Positions 34,691-44,113 of a DNA stretch of 64,000 nt are shown here, piece by piece (position 1 is the first letter of the stretch; each line of letters starts with the position of its first letter). The notes beneath the pieces are model-generated. The model was not told where the DNA came from, did not search any database, and saw only the letters and a program-made list of their open reading frames with translations. The position numbers and the translations under genes are program-made. Source of the DNA: Chloracidobacterium sp. UBA3360 (lineage in GTDB: Bacteria > Acidobacteriota > Blastocatellia > Pyrinomonadales > Pyrinomonadaceae); the NCBI GenBank assembly GCA_002360555.1, contig DEQS01000105.1, positions 172,154-236,153 on the forward strand. Reading direction: 5' to 3'.

Positions 34691-37102
34691 CTACTGACAG
34701 GCTTCACAGGCTTCAGGGTTTTCGAGCGAGCACACTAACGCTTCCTCATCGGTGTAACCCTTTTTCGGCTCATCGATAACCGTTGCAATATTATCGGCGG
34801 CGGCGACTTGGGCGATACGCGTCGCGGGCCGCGAGCGTAGGTAATACGTCGTCTTTAGGCCCTTTTGCCACGCATACATATACATCGACGAGAGCTTGCC
34901 GATATTCGGGCTCTCCATAAACAGGTTGAGCGACGCCGATTGGTCGATAAATGCACCGCGGTCGGCCATCATGTCGATAAGCGAACGCATTGGGATCTCC
35001 CATGCGGTGCGGTAGATCAGCTTTAGCTCATCGTCAAGTTCTTCGATATCCTGCACCGAACCCTCGGCGAGCTTGATCTTGTTGCGGATCTCGTCGGTCC
35101 AAAGTCCGGCGGCCTTTAGCTCGAGCACCAGATATTTATTGATCTGAACGAAATCGCCCGACAGCGTCTCGCGTTTGAACAGGTTCGACACCTGTGGCTC
35201 GATGCATTCGTAGCAACCGGCGATCGACGCGATCGTCGCGGTCGGGGCAATGGCGATCATCAGGCTGTTTCGCAGGCCCGTCGCCTTGATCTTTTCGCGG
35301 ATCGCGTTCCAACGGCCCATGTCGTCGGGCGTGACGCCCCACAGGTCAAATTGCAGATCGCCCTGTGCGGCTCGGGTCTCGATAAACGCCGGATGTGGAC
35401 CTCGTTCAATGGCAAGATCGCTTGAGGCGTCGAGGGCTGCGTAATAGATCTCTTCCTGTATTTTCGCCGAGATCTTGCGAGCCTCATCCGAATCGAATGC
35501 CAGTCGCATCTGAAAGAAAACGTCCTGCAGACCCATCAGCCCGAGCCCGATGTTACGCCAGCGGTTATTCGAATCGGCCGTGCTCGGTATCGCGTAGTAA
35601 TTGAGGTCGATAACCTTATCAAGCTGACGGACGGCGAGACGCACGTTGCGGTGCAGCTTTTCGTAGTCAAACTGGCCGTCTTTTACATACCGGCCGGCGT
35701 TGATCGAACCGAGATTACAGACGGCGGTTTCTTTGTCCGACGTGACCTCTATGATCTCGGTGCAGAGATTTGAAAGATGAACAACATTCTCGGGCCTGCC
35801 AGTTTGGTTCGATTTACGGTTGCTCGAATCTTTGAACGTCATCCAGCCGTTGCCGGTCTGAGCCATTGCACGCATCATCTTGGCATACAGATCGCGAGCT
35901 TGAACCTGCCGCATAAAGAGGCCCTCGGCTTCGGCCTGGGCATATGCGGTTTCAAATTCCTCACCGTAGAGATCCGGGAAATGCGGCACGACCTTTGGAT
36001 CAAACAGTGACCAGACGCCGTCATTTTGGACCCTCTTCATAAAGAGGTCGGGTATCCAGTTTGCGAGATTTAAGTTGTGTGTGCGTCGGGCATCGTCGCC
36101 CGTGTTTTCGCGAAGCTCGAGGAAATCCTCGATATCGGCATGCCACGTTTCGAGATAAACACAGCAGGCACCTTTGCGTTTGCCGCCCTGATTTACCGCC
36201 GAAACCGACGAATCAAGCGTCTTGAGCCATGGCACAATGCCGTTCGAGTGGCCGTTAGTGCCGCGGATCAGCGAGCCCTGTGAACGGACGCGGTGATAGG
36301 CGATTCCGATGCCGCCGGAAAACTTAGAGAGCATGGCGACATCGGAATATTTTTTGTAGATGCTATCGAGGCTATCCTGCGGGCTGTCGAGCAAAAAGCA
36401 CGACGATAATTGCTCATGCCTTGTGCCCGAGTTGAAGAGCGTTGGGGTCGACGGTACGTACTCAAGCGACGAAAACAGATTGTAAAGATCGATCGCCTCA
36501 TGCGGGCTCTCGGCCAGACCGCAAGCGACACGCATCCAGAAAAACTGAGGCGACTCGATCACGTCACGCGTCTCAGGGTTTTTCAAAAGATAGCGGTCAT
36601 ATAATGTACGCAGGCCAAAGAATTCAAATTTTGCGTTGCGCGTCTGATCGATCGCATCATTAAGCTTGCGGCTGTTCTCAGTTACAAACTGAGCAACACG
36701 CTCGCCGATCAATCCTTCTTTAACGCCAAAGGCGATCGATTGTGAAAAAGAATGTATCTCCTGATTGCGAACCTCTTTCTCGATATATTGATTGAGCAGC
36801 CGGGCCGCAACACGCGAATATTCCGGTTCCTCAAAGATCAGGCTCGCCGCCGTCTGGATCGACAGCTTGTCGAGCTCGCTAGTTGTCGCTCCGTCATACA
36901 GTCCGCTGATGGTCTTGGTCGCGATCCGCATGACATCGACATTTGGCAGCGTCTCGGTGCAGCGCGAGATGGCTCGGACGATCTTATTTATATCGACCGG
37001 CTCGAGCGAACCGTTTCGCTTTTTGACCTGCATCGTTGTCTGGGTCGAGTTATCGGTTTGACGGGCGGCGGCGGTTCCTGTTTGTGGTGAAAAATTATCC
37101 AT
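34691..37102 (-). CDS. nrdA: Ribonucleotide reductase class I alpha subunit with N-terminal ATP-cone
   Basis: 803 aa. ATP-cone VKKRNGSLEPVDINKI, active-site NLCTEI, and a C-terminal CxxC-type tail (CSLENPEACEACQ). Confidence 0.94.
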   Translation of the reverse strand: MDNFSPQTGTAAARQTDNSTQTTMQVKKRNGSLEPVDINKIVRAISRCTETLPNVDVMRIATKTISGLYDGATTSELDKLSIQTAASLIFEEPEYSRVAARLLNQYIEKEVRNQEIHSFSQSIAFGVKEGLIGERVAQFVTENSRKLNDAIDQTRNAKFEFFGLRTLYDRYLLKNPETRDVIESPQFFWMRVACGLAESPHEAIDLYNLFSSLEYVPSTPTLFNSGTRHEQLSSCFLLDSPQDSLDSIYKKYSDVAMLSKFSGGIGIAYHRVRSQGSLIRGTNGHSNGIVPWLKTLDSSVSAVNQGGKRKGACCVYLETWHADIEDFLELRENTGDDARRTHNLNLANWIPDLFMKRVQNDGVWSLFDPKVVPHFPDLYGEEFETAYAQAEAEGLFMRQVQARDLYAKMMRAMAQTGNGWMTFKDSSNRKSNQTGRPENVVHLSNLCTEIIEVTSDKETAVCNLGSINAGRYVKDGQFDYEKLHRNVRLAVRQLDKVIDLNYYAIPSTADSNNRWRNIGLGLMGLQDVFFQMRLAFDSDEARKISAKIQEEIYYAALDASSDLAIERGPHPAFIETRAAQGDLQFDLWGVTPDDMGRWNAIREKIKATGLRNSLMIAIAPTATIASIAGCYECIEPQVSNLFKRETLSGDFVQINKYLVLELKAAGLWTDEIRNKIKLAEGSVQDIEELDDELKLIYRTAWEIPMRSLIDMMADRGAFIDQSASLNLFMESPNIGKLSSMYMYAWQKGLKTTYYLRSRPATRIAQVAAADNIATVIDEPKKGYTDEEALVCSLENPEACEACQ

Positions 37103-37332
37103 ATCGAGTCGTCAATTCTCCTCACGTCGAACTTCGAAAAAAGGTAACGCTTTAGAGTCGGTCGGGGCGAAAAATGAGGCAGAAAATTCTACCTCCCTGC
37201 GTGACGAAAGCGGCAAGCAGGGCCGTGTTTCACACCATGATTTTTGTGTTTTTGTAGGCGGGTCTTTGGATAAAAAATCAAAGGCTTTTCCTACAGTGTT
37301 ATAGACTATATGGTAGTCAAAAGCCTTTGTCA

Positions 37333-37348
37333 ACACAAAATGTAGTGG
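37333..37348. promoter_or_regulatory. Candidate NrdR box in the nrdA leader
   Basis: acacaaaatgtagtgg matches 13 of 16 positions of the NrdR-box consensus acaCwAtATaTwGtgt as I remember it. I could not find a convincing tandem second box, so this call is weak. Confidence 0.3.
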
Positions 37349-37524
37349 TTTTGAAATAAAATTCTAAACCCTGTTTTTACAACATTTACAGCGCGTAGGG
37401 TGATGTAACGCCTTAAAATCGCAGCGCTGAAATGTGCGAAATTTATGCAAGTCTAATCTTCTCAAGAATTAAACAAAAATTAAACACTATGCAACACAAA
37501 ATTCACTGCAATTTAAGGTTGTTT

Positions 37525-38292
37525 TTAGGCTTGTTCGACAACTAATTGGTCAAAAGCGAACTGTACATTGTCGGGCAAGAGCCGCGAATCTCGTTCGTGT
37601 AGGATGTCGTGATTGAGGTGCGTGAGATAGGCTCGTTTTGGCTTTAGATCCTCGATGATAGCGAGAGCTTCTTCGAGGCAGAGATGTGTCGAGTGGGGTT
37701 TGATGCGAACACAATCCAATACCAAAACGTCGAGATCACGAAGCCCGTCCATCGATGCAGGCGGGATCACCTTGAGATCTGTCGCGTAGGCAAAGTCGTT
37801 AAACCGGTATGCAATGACCGGCAGTTTACCGTGGATCACTTCGAGCGGTGTGATCTCGAGATCGTCGCCGATGCAGAACGGAGCATTTGAAGTGACGGTG
37901 TGCGGAACGAGCTGCGGCAGGCCGCCGCCAAAATGTGTCGGGTTAAAAATGTATTGAAAGATACGCCGCAGGTCGGTCCAGGCGATCTCGTTTGCATAGA
38001 CGCCCATCGCCCCGTGCCGAAAATTGAGCGGCCGGATATCATCGAGCCCAAACACGTGATCGACATGACAATGCGTTATCAATACTGCATCGAGATGGCT
38101 GATCTTTGCTCTGAGGGCTTGCTGACGAAAATCGATCGAGGTATCAACGAGGATCTTTTTGTCACGATGCTCGATCAAGATGGAGACGCGGAGACGCTTG
38201 TCACGCGGATCATCGGAAAGGCACGTCTCACAATCACAGCCGATCGAAGGAACGCCGGTCGATGTGCCTGTGCCTAAAAAAGTAAGTTTCAT
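37525..38292 (-). CDS. MBL-fold metallo-hydrolase (PhnP/GPMB-like)
   Basis: 255 aa. MKLTFLGTGTS..GVP...C.C..C and HCHVDHVFG (HxHxDH). Confidence 0.82.
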   Translation of the reverse strand: MKLTFLGTGTSTGVPSIGCDCETCLSDDPRDKRLRVSILIEHRDKKILVDTSIDFRQQALRAKISHLDAVLITHCHVDHVFGLDDIRPLNFRHGAMGVYANEIAWTDLRRIFQYIFNPTHFGGGLPQLVPHTVTSNAPFCIGDDLEITPLEVIHGKLPVIAYRFNDFAYATDLKVIPPASMDGLRDLDVLVLDCVRIKPHSTHLCLEEALAIIEDLKPKRAYLTHLNHDILHERDSRLLPDNVQFAFDQLVVEQA

Positions 38293-38303
38293 TAGGAATA
38301 TCA

Positions 38304-38370
38304 GCCACAGAGAACACGGTTTTCTCTGAGATTATGTCTAATTCTAATCTTGCTCTGTGATCTCTGTGGC
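38304..38370. repeat. Nested hairpin (gccacagaga ... tctctgtggc)
   Basis: Outer arms are 38304-38313 and 38361-38370. The inner hairpin is cagagaa-cacggtt-ttctctg at 38308-38328. It lies just downstream of the DUF1844 stop on the minus strand. Confidence 0.55.
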
Positions 38371-38375
38371 AAATT

Positions 38376-38963
38376 CTATTTCTTGCCTAAAATGTCCGCA
38401 CTGGAGAACTGCTGAGCTGCTTGTGCCTTTAGCTTTTCCTCGGTCGCACGGACGAGTTGGACGTACTGCAGACGCAGGTCAGCGAGCAGGCCTTCGAGTA
38501 GGCGGTCTTCTTTTGGATGCAGATTGCCCTTGGTTTTATCGCGGATCATCGCGAGCACATCGAGCCAGTATTTGCCAGTGTCGAGGTCGAGCGAACGTTT
38601 GCCCGTCGCTGGATGCGGAACTGCCCCGAGCGAAGCGGCGGCGTTGGTTGCGAGGGTCGAGAGAAAATTAACAAAACTCGCCGGATCGTCGGCTCCGGGA
38701 ATGTCTTCGCCATCGGCTCCGGGCGAAGTTTCTGCCTCTTCGTCCATCGGGTCAGTAAACGTTTCCTCGGCTACGGTTTGAGGTTGAGCGGTCGGTTCAG
38801 CCGCCGGTGCAGGCGTTCTTACAGGCTCCGCGTCCAAGGTCACGCCCTCGCGCAAACTGCCGTCAGAGTTGAATTTACGCTTGTCAGCGACCTTATAGTG
38901 AACTTCTTCGTCGTTATCGTCGTGGCCGATCATATGTTTTTTATCCTGTTTCGATAGTAGCAT
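38376..38963 (-). CDS. DUF1844 domain protein
   Basis: I moved the start to the Met at 38963 (MLLSKQDKKH...). The ORF-track extension to 39299 runs antisense through mazG. The conserved C-terminal block is FVNFLSTLATNAAASLG...P.TG....DL..GKYWLDVL..L..KTKGNL..EE..LL..LL.DLRL.Y. Confidence 0.7.
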   Translation of the reverse strand: MLLSKQDKKHMIGHDDNDEEVHYKVADKRKFNSDGSLREGVTLDAEPVRTPAPAAEPTAQPQTVAEETFTDPMDEEAETSPGADGEDIPGADDPASFVNFLSTLATNAAASLGAVPHPATGKRSLDLDTGKYWLDVLAMIRDKTKGNLHPKEDRLLEGLLADLRLQYVQLVRATEEKLKAQAAQQFSSADILGKK

Positions 38964-38993
38964 TTTGGCTAAAAAGAATTCAAAATTTAGGCT

Positions 38994-39800
38994 ATGTCCA
39001 AATCCTTTGACGAACTTGTTGCCGTGATGCAGCGGCTGCGTGATCCGGGCGGATGCCCTTGGGACCACGAGCAAACTTATCAGTCTTTGTCCCAATATCT
39101 GCTCGAAGAGGCGTATGAGACCTTTGACGCGATCCAAGAGGCGGACGCGACGGGCGACACGACGAACCTGCGCGAAGAGCTCGGCGATCTTTTGCTGCAA
39201 GTAGTTTTTCACGCAACCATCGGCAAAGAGCGCGGTGATTTTAATATCGATGATGTCGCGGCCGGCGTCACGCAAAAGCTGATCTTGCGCCACCCGCACG
39301 TTTTTGGCAACACAAAACTTGAGCGTGCTGAAGACGTTCTCGACAACTGGGACAAGCTCAAGGCGGACGAACGTGCCGCTTCGGGCAAGGTTGAAAAGGA
39401 GAGAGATTCAATTCTCGACGAAGTGCCGATCCATTTTCCGGCGCTGCTTGAGGGGCTAAAGCTGACCAAAAAGGCAGCTAAGACGGGCTTTGACTGGGAA
39501 AATGCAGATCAGATATTTACGAAGCTCGACGAAGAAACTGCAGAGCTGCGAGCAGCGATCAAAAGCGGGGACACTGCCAACGCAGCCGAAGAGATCGGCG
39601 ATCTGCTGTTTGTTGTGATGAACCTCGCCCGTCATCTGGATGTCGAGCCCGAGACGGCGTTAAAGAAAACCAACCGCAAATTCCGTGAAAGATTTAAGTT
39701 TATCGAGGATGAATTAAAGCGAAAGGGAACGACGCTTGAGGAAGCAAGCCTCGGTGAAATGGACGCTCTTTGGAATGAGGCTAAGGTGGCGGCAAAATAA
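38994..39800 (+). CDS. mazG: Nucleoside triphosphate pyrophosphohydrolase MazG (tandem MazG domains)
   Basis: 268 aa. LR...GCPWD.EQT..SL..YLLEE.YE, EELGDLLLQ, and a second EEIGDLLF domain. Confidence 0.9.
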   Translation: MSKSFDELVAVMQRLRDPGGCPWDHEQTYQSLSQYLLEEAYETFDAIQEADATGDTTNLREELGDLLLQVVFHATIGKERGDFNIDDVAAGVTQKLILRHPHVFGNTKLERAEDVLDNWDKLKADERAASGKVEKERDSILDEVPIHFPALLEGLKLTKKAAKTGFDWENADQIFTKLDEETAELRAAIKSGDTANAAEEIGDLLFVVMNLARHLDVEPETALKKTNRKFRERFKFIEDELKRKGTTLEEASLGEMDALWNEAKVAAK

Positions 39801-39840
39801 TCTTGGCGTGTTTCGTTTCACCTCACACCAGTGAAAGAAA

Positions 39841-40167
39841 CTATTCAGTAAACATTTCCTGTAGGCGTTCGAGCGTCGCTTTTTGGGCTGCTTTGCTGAT
39901 CTCGCCGATCTTTTTTACAAGCCTGACAGTATCGACGACGCGTATCTGATCGAGGACGATCGCGCGTTCGCTGTTTAGAAACGTGACCGGGATGCGGGTC
40001 GGATATTTTGGCCCGGCGGTCGAGAGCGGGGCGATGATGACATTCGTGATGTTGCCGTTCATCTCGTTTGGCGAGACGACGACGCAGGGCCGTGTGTTCT
40101 TAGCATCCTTAGAGGCATGCTCGTCTAGATTGACAAGATAAACTTCAAATCGTTTTACCATTGCCAC
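39841..40167 (-). CDS. mazF: Type II toxin, MazF/PemK family endoribonuclease
   Basis: 108 aa. The FEVYLVNLD......K.RPCVVVSP...N....VIIAPLS pattern of PemK/MazF. It overlaps the antitoxin stop by 13 nt. Confidence 0.85.
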   Translation of the reverse strand: MAMVKRFEVYLVNLDEHASKDAKNTRPCVVVSPNEMNGNITNVIIAPLSTAGPKYPTRIPVTFLNSERAIVLDQIRVVDTVRLVKKIGEISKAAQKATLERLQEMFTE

Positions 40168-40403
40168 TCCTTTTTCTCGAAAGCCGTCGGGGCGTTGCCG
40201 TCCGGCAGCTCGTCATCCTCATTTTCTGCCATCCTTTTGAAAGCATCGTCCCAACCCGCACGCGCCTTTTGCGTATTGCGGATAAGGATGCCGTCAGGGT
40301 GCAGTTCGAGATCGACCTCACCGGTGATGCGGGTTTCTTCGAGCAGCACTTTTGGGATGCGAATCCCCTGTGAATTACCGATCTGGATGATCTGGGTTTT
40401 CAT
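40155..40403 (-). CDS. mazE: Type II antitoxin, AbrB/MazE (SpoVT-AbrB) family
   Basis: I moved the start to MKTQIIQIGNSQGIRIPKVLLE, the swapped-hairpin AbrB motif, at 40403. The longer ORF-track start would overlap the serS 3' end. Confidence 0.8.
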   Translation of the reverse strand: MKTQIIQIGNSQGIRIPKVLLEETRITGEVDLELHPDGILIRNTQKARAGWDDAFKRMAENEDDELPDGNAPTAFEKKEWQW

Positions 40404-40434
40404 AATTACATCGTAATTACATCCATTATCTTCG

Positions 40435-41718
40435 TCAACCGATCTTGGTGACGCCATTCATATATTTGTGCAATATTTCGGGCACGAGAATGCTGCCGTC
40501 CGCTTGCTGATAATTCTCGATTATCGCGATCCACGTCCGTCCTACGGCGAGGCCGCTGCCATTGAGCGTATGAACAAACTCAGGCTTAGCTCCGCCCGCA
40601 CGGCGAAAACGCAGATTCATACGTCGGGCCTGAAAGTCACCGCAGTTTGAACAGCTTGAGATCTCACGAAATGTCTTTTGCGAGGGAAGCCAGACTTCGA
40701 TGTCGTAGGTCTTTTTCGCTCCAAAGCCCATGTCGCCGGTCGAGAGAACTATCGTACGGTATGGCAGCCCCAAAAGCTGCAAGATACGCTCGGCATTGGC
40801 CGTCAGTTTTTCGTGCTCGTCCTCAGAATTTTCCGGCATCGTGAGCTTTACCAATTCGACCTTTTCAAATTGATGCTGGCGTATCAGGCCACGGGTATCG
40901 CGTCCGTAGCTGCCCGCTTCGCTGCGAAAACACGGTGTGTATGCGGTGTAATATTTTGGCAGATCGGCCGCGTCAAGGATCTCTTCGGCGTGGTAATTTG
41001 TCACCGGAACCTCAGCGGTCGGGATCAGCGCAAACCCGCGGTCGTCTTTGATATGAAACAGATCTTCTTCAAATTTCGGCAACTGGTTTGTACCAAAAAG
41101 CGCGGTGCGATTCACGAGAAACGGCGGCAGAGTTTCGGTGTAACCATGCTCGGTCGTGTGGACATCGAGCATAAAATTGATAAGCGCACGGCTCAGACGC
41201 GCTCCGGCTCCGTTAAGGATAGCGAAGCGTGAACCGGCGATCTTTGTCGCTCGTTCAAAATCAATGATGCCGAGAGCTTCACCCAGATCGACGTGGTCTT
41301 TTGGCTCAAAATCAAATTCGCGAATCTGGCCCCGGCGGCGGATCTCTTGGTTTGCAGATTCGTCCGCACCGACCGGGACGTCATCCGCAGGCAGGTTTGG
41401 CAGCCCTGACAGCAGCTCACGCATTGCAGCGTCAGCCTCGTCGCGTTTTGTTTCGAGGTCAGTTTGTCGATCTTTCAACCCTGCGACCTCGGCCTTTTTC
41501 GCCTCGGCCTCATCGCGGTTTCCGGATTGCATCAACCCACCGATCTCTTTGCTTGCTGCGTTTCGTGCCTGATTGATATTGTCAGCCTCGACTATGACGC
41601 GACGGCGCTCGGCATCGAGTTCGACAAATGTATCGAGAGCGTCCGCAGGGAAATTACGGCTCGCAAGAGCCGTGCGAACGGCGTCAAGATTTTCTCTAAC
41701 AAAATTTAGATCCAACAT
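40435..41718 (-). CDS. serS: Seryl-tRNA synthetase
   Basis: 427 aa. An N-terminal coiled-coil arm ([10 protein letters not shown]) and class II motifs (FRSEAGS, the GSGLAVGRT region). Confidence 0.95.
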   Translation of the reverse strand: MLDLNFVRENLDAVRTALASRNFPADALDTFVELDAERRRVIVEADNINQARNAASKEIGGLMQSGNRDEAEAKKAEVAGLKDRQTDLETKRDEADAAMRELLSGLPNLPADDVPVGADESANQEIRRRGQIREFDFEPKDHVDLGEALGIIDFERATKIAGSRFAILNGAGARLSRALINFMLDVHTTEHGYTETLPPFLVNRTALFGTNQLPKFEEDLFHIKDDRGFALIPTAEVPVTNYHAEEILDAADLPKYYTAYTPCFRSEAGSYGRDTRGLIRQHQFEKVELVKLTMPENSEDEHEKLTANAERILQLLGLPYRTIVLSTGDMGFGAKKTYDIEVWLPSQKTFREISSCSNCGDFQARRMNLRFRRAGGAKPEFVHTLNGSGLAVGRTWIAIIENYQQADGSILVPEILHKYMNGVTKIG

Positions 41719-41859
41719 AGAAAAATGTAGCTACAATGTTATCACACGTCGAGCCGCGCTGGTTTCTGACGTAACAATGGTTTGTTTATCAGCCGCATTT
41801 GACCTAAAATCAACAATTCGTCGTCTGCAAAAGACGTTACGAATTTAGCAAAGTTTAGT

Positions 41860-42735
41860 ATGCCCAACAAAATTCGCAAAGCTGTTTTCCCCGCCGCAGG
41901 TTTAGGAACCCGGTTTCTGCCGGCGACAAAATCGAGTCCTAAGGAAATGCTCCCGCTGGTCGATAAACCGCTCATTCAGTACGCCGTCGAAGAGGCGGTT
42001 GCGAGCGGCATCGAGTCGATCCTGATAATCACTGGCCGTGATAAGAGCGCGATCGAAAATCATTTTGACATTTCATTTGAGCTTGAGCAGTTGCTCAAAG
42101 AGCGTGGCAAGGACGCAATGTTTGCCCAAGTGCGGGCAGTATCGGACATCGCTCAGATCAGTTATACCCGACAGAAACAAGCTCTCGGTCTCGGCCACGC
42201 GATCTATCAGGCAAAGGATTTTGCGGGTAATGAACCATTTGCCGCTCTTCTGGCGGACGATATTGTTGACAGCGAAAAACCTGCATTGAAACAGATGGTC
42301 GAGGTGTTTGAAAAATACAACGCTCCGGTCATAGCGACGATGCAGGTTGACGGCGAGGCGATCTCACGTTTTGGCGTCATCGACGCGGTCGAGGTCGAGC
42401 CCGGCGTTTATAAGATAAATGACATGGTCGAAAAACCGGCCTACGCCGATGCCCCGTCGAACTTGGCGATCATCGGCCGTTACATCTTTACGCCGGATAT
42501 TTTTGAGGCGATCGAACAAACTACTCCCGGCTCGGGCGGCGAGATACAAATCACCGACGCGATGCGGCTATTGCTAAAAAAACGTCCCTTTTACGCCGTC
42601 AAACTCGACGGCACACGCCACGACGCTGGCGATAAACTCGGATTTCTCGTCGCCACAGTTGAACTTGCGCTAAAGCGGCAAGACCTTGGAGATGAGTTCA
42701 GAAACTATCTGAAATCGCTCAACCTAAACGCCTGA
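41860..42735 (+). CDS. galU: UTP-glucose-1-phosphate uridylyltransferase
   Basis: 291 aa. KAVFPAAGLGTRFLPATK..PKEMLP..DKP.IQY signature. Confidence 0.93.
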   Translation: MPNKIRKAVFPAAGLGTRFLPATKSSPKEMLPLVDKPLIQYAVEEAVASGIESILIITGRDKSAIENHFDISFELEQLLKERGKDAMFAQVRAVSDIAQISYTRQKQALGLGHAIYQAKDFAGNEPFAALLADDIVDSEKPALKQMVEVFEKYNAPVIATMQVDGEAISRFGVIDAVEVEPGVYKINDMVEKPAYADAPSNLAIIGRYIFTPDIFEAIEQTTPGSGGEIQITDAMRLLLKKRPFYAVKLDGTRHDAGDKLGFLVATVELALKRQDLGDEFRNYLKSLNLNA

Positions 42736-43905
42736 TCACACAGCTTGTCGGTTTACTTTTGCTCCCAAGCCGATCTGTAAGACGATAAGCAATACCACGC
42801 TTATTATCAGCACATACATACCTGAATTAAGACTGCCCGTGCGGTCGGAGATAAATCCGATCAGCCATGTCGAGCCAGCGGCTCCGATCGTGCCCGCGAT
42901 AAATAGCGGCGACGAGCGGCGGCTGGCGGCGGGGCCGAATGTTTTGTAGAACCGCGAGACGTTCGTCGGGAATATCCACGACGTGCCAAATCCGGCGATG
43001 GTCGCACCGAGGCTTAGGCCCAAAACAGTTCCGGCTGACAGAACGACTACCATCCCGATCAATATTAGCCCGAGGCCGAGCAGGAGCATTTTGTTTTCGT
43101 TGAGAAAGCGAAACAGCACCGGAGCAGCACCGCGACCGATCACAAAAAACAAAAAATAAAGCAGCGTTGGAGAGACCCAATGGACGAGCGGTTCGCCCTC
43201 GAGACGGCCGGTATATGTTGTCAGCCAGCCGCCGATGCCGCTTTCAAATCCAACGTGGATGAGGTTGAACAGCGCGATAAGCCACGCGATCGGCTGCCGC
43301 CAGATCGGCGTTGTCTCACCGCCGTCAGCCTCGGTCGTCGTTTGATGGATCGTCTCAAAATCACGGTTTACGAACAGCAACAAAAGCGAAGCGATCAATA
43401 TTGGAAATGCGAGAATAACGGTCGTCGCACCGATGCTCTCGGGCGTGCTGAAAATATCGACAAACGGTTTACAGACGATCGCTCCCACGCCCCAGCAAAA
43501 ATTTAGGATGCTAAGAGCCGACCCTGAACGCTCAGGGTTCATCTCGAGCACGAGCATATTGATCGACGGCAATGTCATGCCGATGCCGATGCCGTTTATC
43601 AAAAAGCCGACGAGACAGATTGAAAACAGATCGACGTTCATGAGCAGGATTCCCACAACCATTAGGACACCGCCGACTATGGATGCGGCGAGATAATTGT
43701 TGCCGCGGGCAAACCGGCTGGTAAAATACGTGCCCATTATAGACCCGGAAAATTGCGCCGGGAAAAAGTAGCTGACCTGTAGATCGCTAAGAGAAAAATG
43801 CCTTGCAAACACAGGCAAAACCTGCCCGATCAGCACCGTGACGATGCCCGAAAGGAAAAAAAGTATGTGCAGGACTAGCCTAAGAAAGCGATGCGTTTGC
43901 GGCAT
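42736..43905 (-). CDS. MFS transporter
   Basis: 389 aa. About 12 hydrophobic segments in a 6+6 layout with a central loop. Confidence 0.75.
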   Translation of the reverse strand: MPQTHRFLRLVLHILFFLSGIVTVLIGQVLPVFARHFSLSDLQVSYFFPAQFSGSIMGTYFTSRFARGNNYLAASIVGGVLMVVGILLMNVDLFSICLVGFLINGIGIGMTLPSINMLVLEMNPERSGSALSILNFCWGVGAIVCKPFVDIFSTPESIGATTVILAFPILIASLLLLFVNRDFETIHQTTTEADGGETTPIWRQPIAWLIALFNLIHVGFESGIGGWLTTYTGRLEGEPLVHWVSPTLLYFLFFVIGRGAAPVLFRFLNENKMLLLGLGLILIGMVVVLSAGTVLGLSLGATIAGFGTSWIFPTNVSRFYKTFGPAASRRSSPLFIAGTIGAAGSTWLIGFISDRTGSLNSGMYVLIISVVLLIVLQIGLGAKVNRQAV

Positions 43906-43968
43906 AAAAAGCTATTGTGACAGGTCGAAACCGCGTGTTAAAGTCTCGAGTTGTTTTCGTCCGCAATC

Positions 43969-44012
43969 GACCTTTGGTCCGGTCCGGACCAGGTGGACCA
44001 GGGTGGACCAGA
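43969..44012. repeat. Dispersed repeat, copy B (gacctttggtccggtccggacca + ggtggacca x2)
   Basis: The first 23 nt are identical to 15832-15854. The tail aggtggaccagggtggaccag is a shorter version of the copy A tandem units. Confidence 0.8.
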
Positions 44013-44113
44013 CGCGAACGATCTAATATTCGCTTAAATCACGCTGATTCGATAAAATCTAACCAATATGTCCGTTACGGCGCATGAGTTCGCCGGTTTT
44101 GAGTAGATAAACC

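Noticed and set aside
37103-37524. Cobalamin riboswitch or a small protein gene (ORF 37112..37336) in the nrdA leader.
   Set aside because: A class Ia RNR does not need B12, and no B12-box-like element is seen. The 74-aa ORF has no RBS and an implausible sequence.
38964-39299. N-terminal extension of ORF 38376..39299.
   Set aside because: It runs antisense through the 5' part of the well-supported mazG gene. The DUF1844-like product starts sensibly at 38963.
40404-40457. N-terminal extension of the antitoxin ORF.
   Set aside because: It would overlap the serS 3' end. The AbrB-fold consensus begins at MKTQIIQIGNSQGIRIPK.
41719-41859. T-box leader upstream of serS.
   Set aside because: No specifier-loop or T-box consensus sequence is recognisable in the 141-nt divergent spacer.
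44013-44113. FMN riboswitch upstream of the ribBA-like gene.
   Set aside because: None of the conserved RFN segments (for example the GGGCGGUGAAAUUCC-like or CCGGCGGU-like cores) are visible, and only about 100 nt are available.
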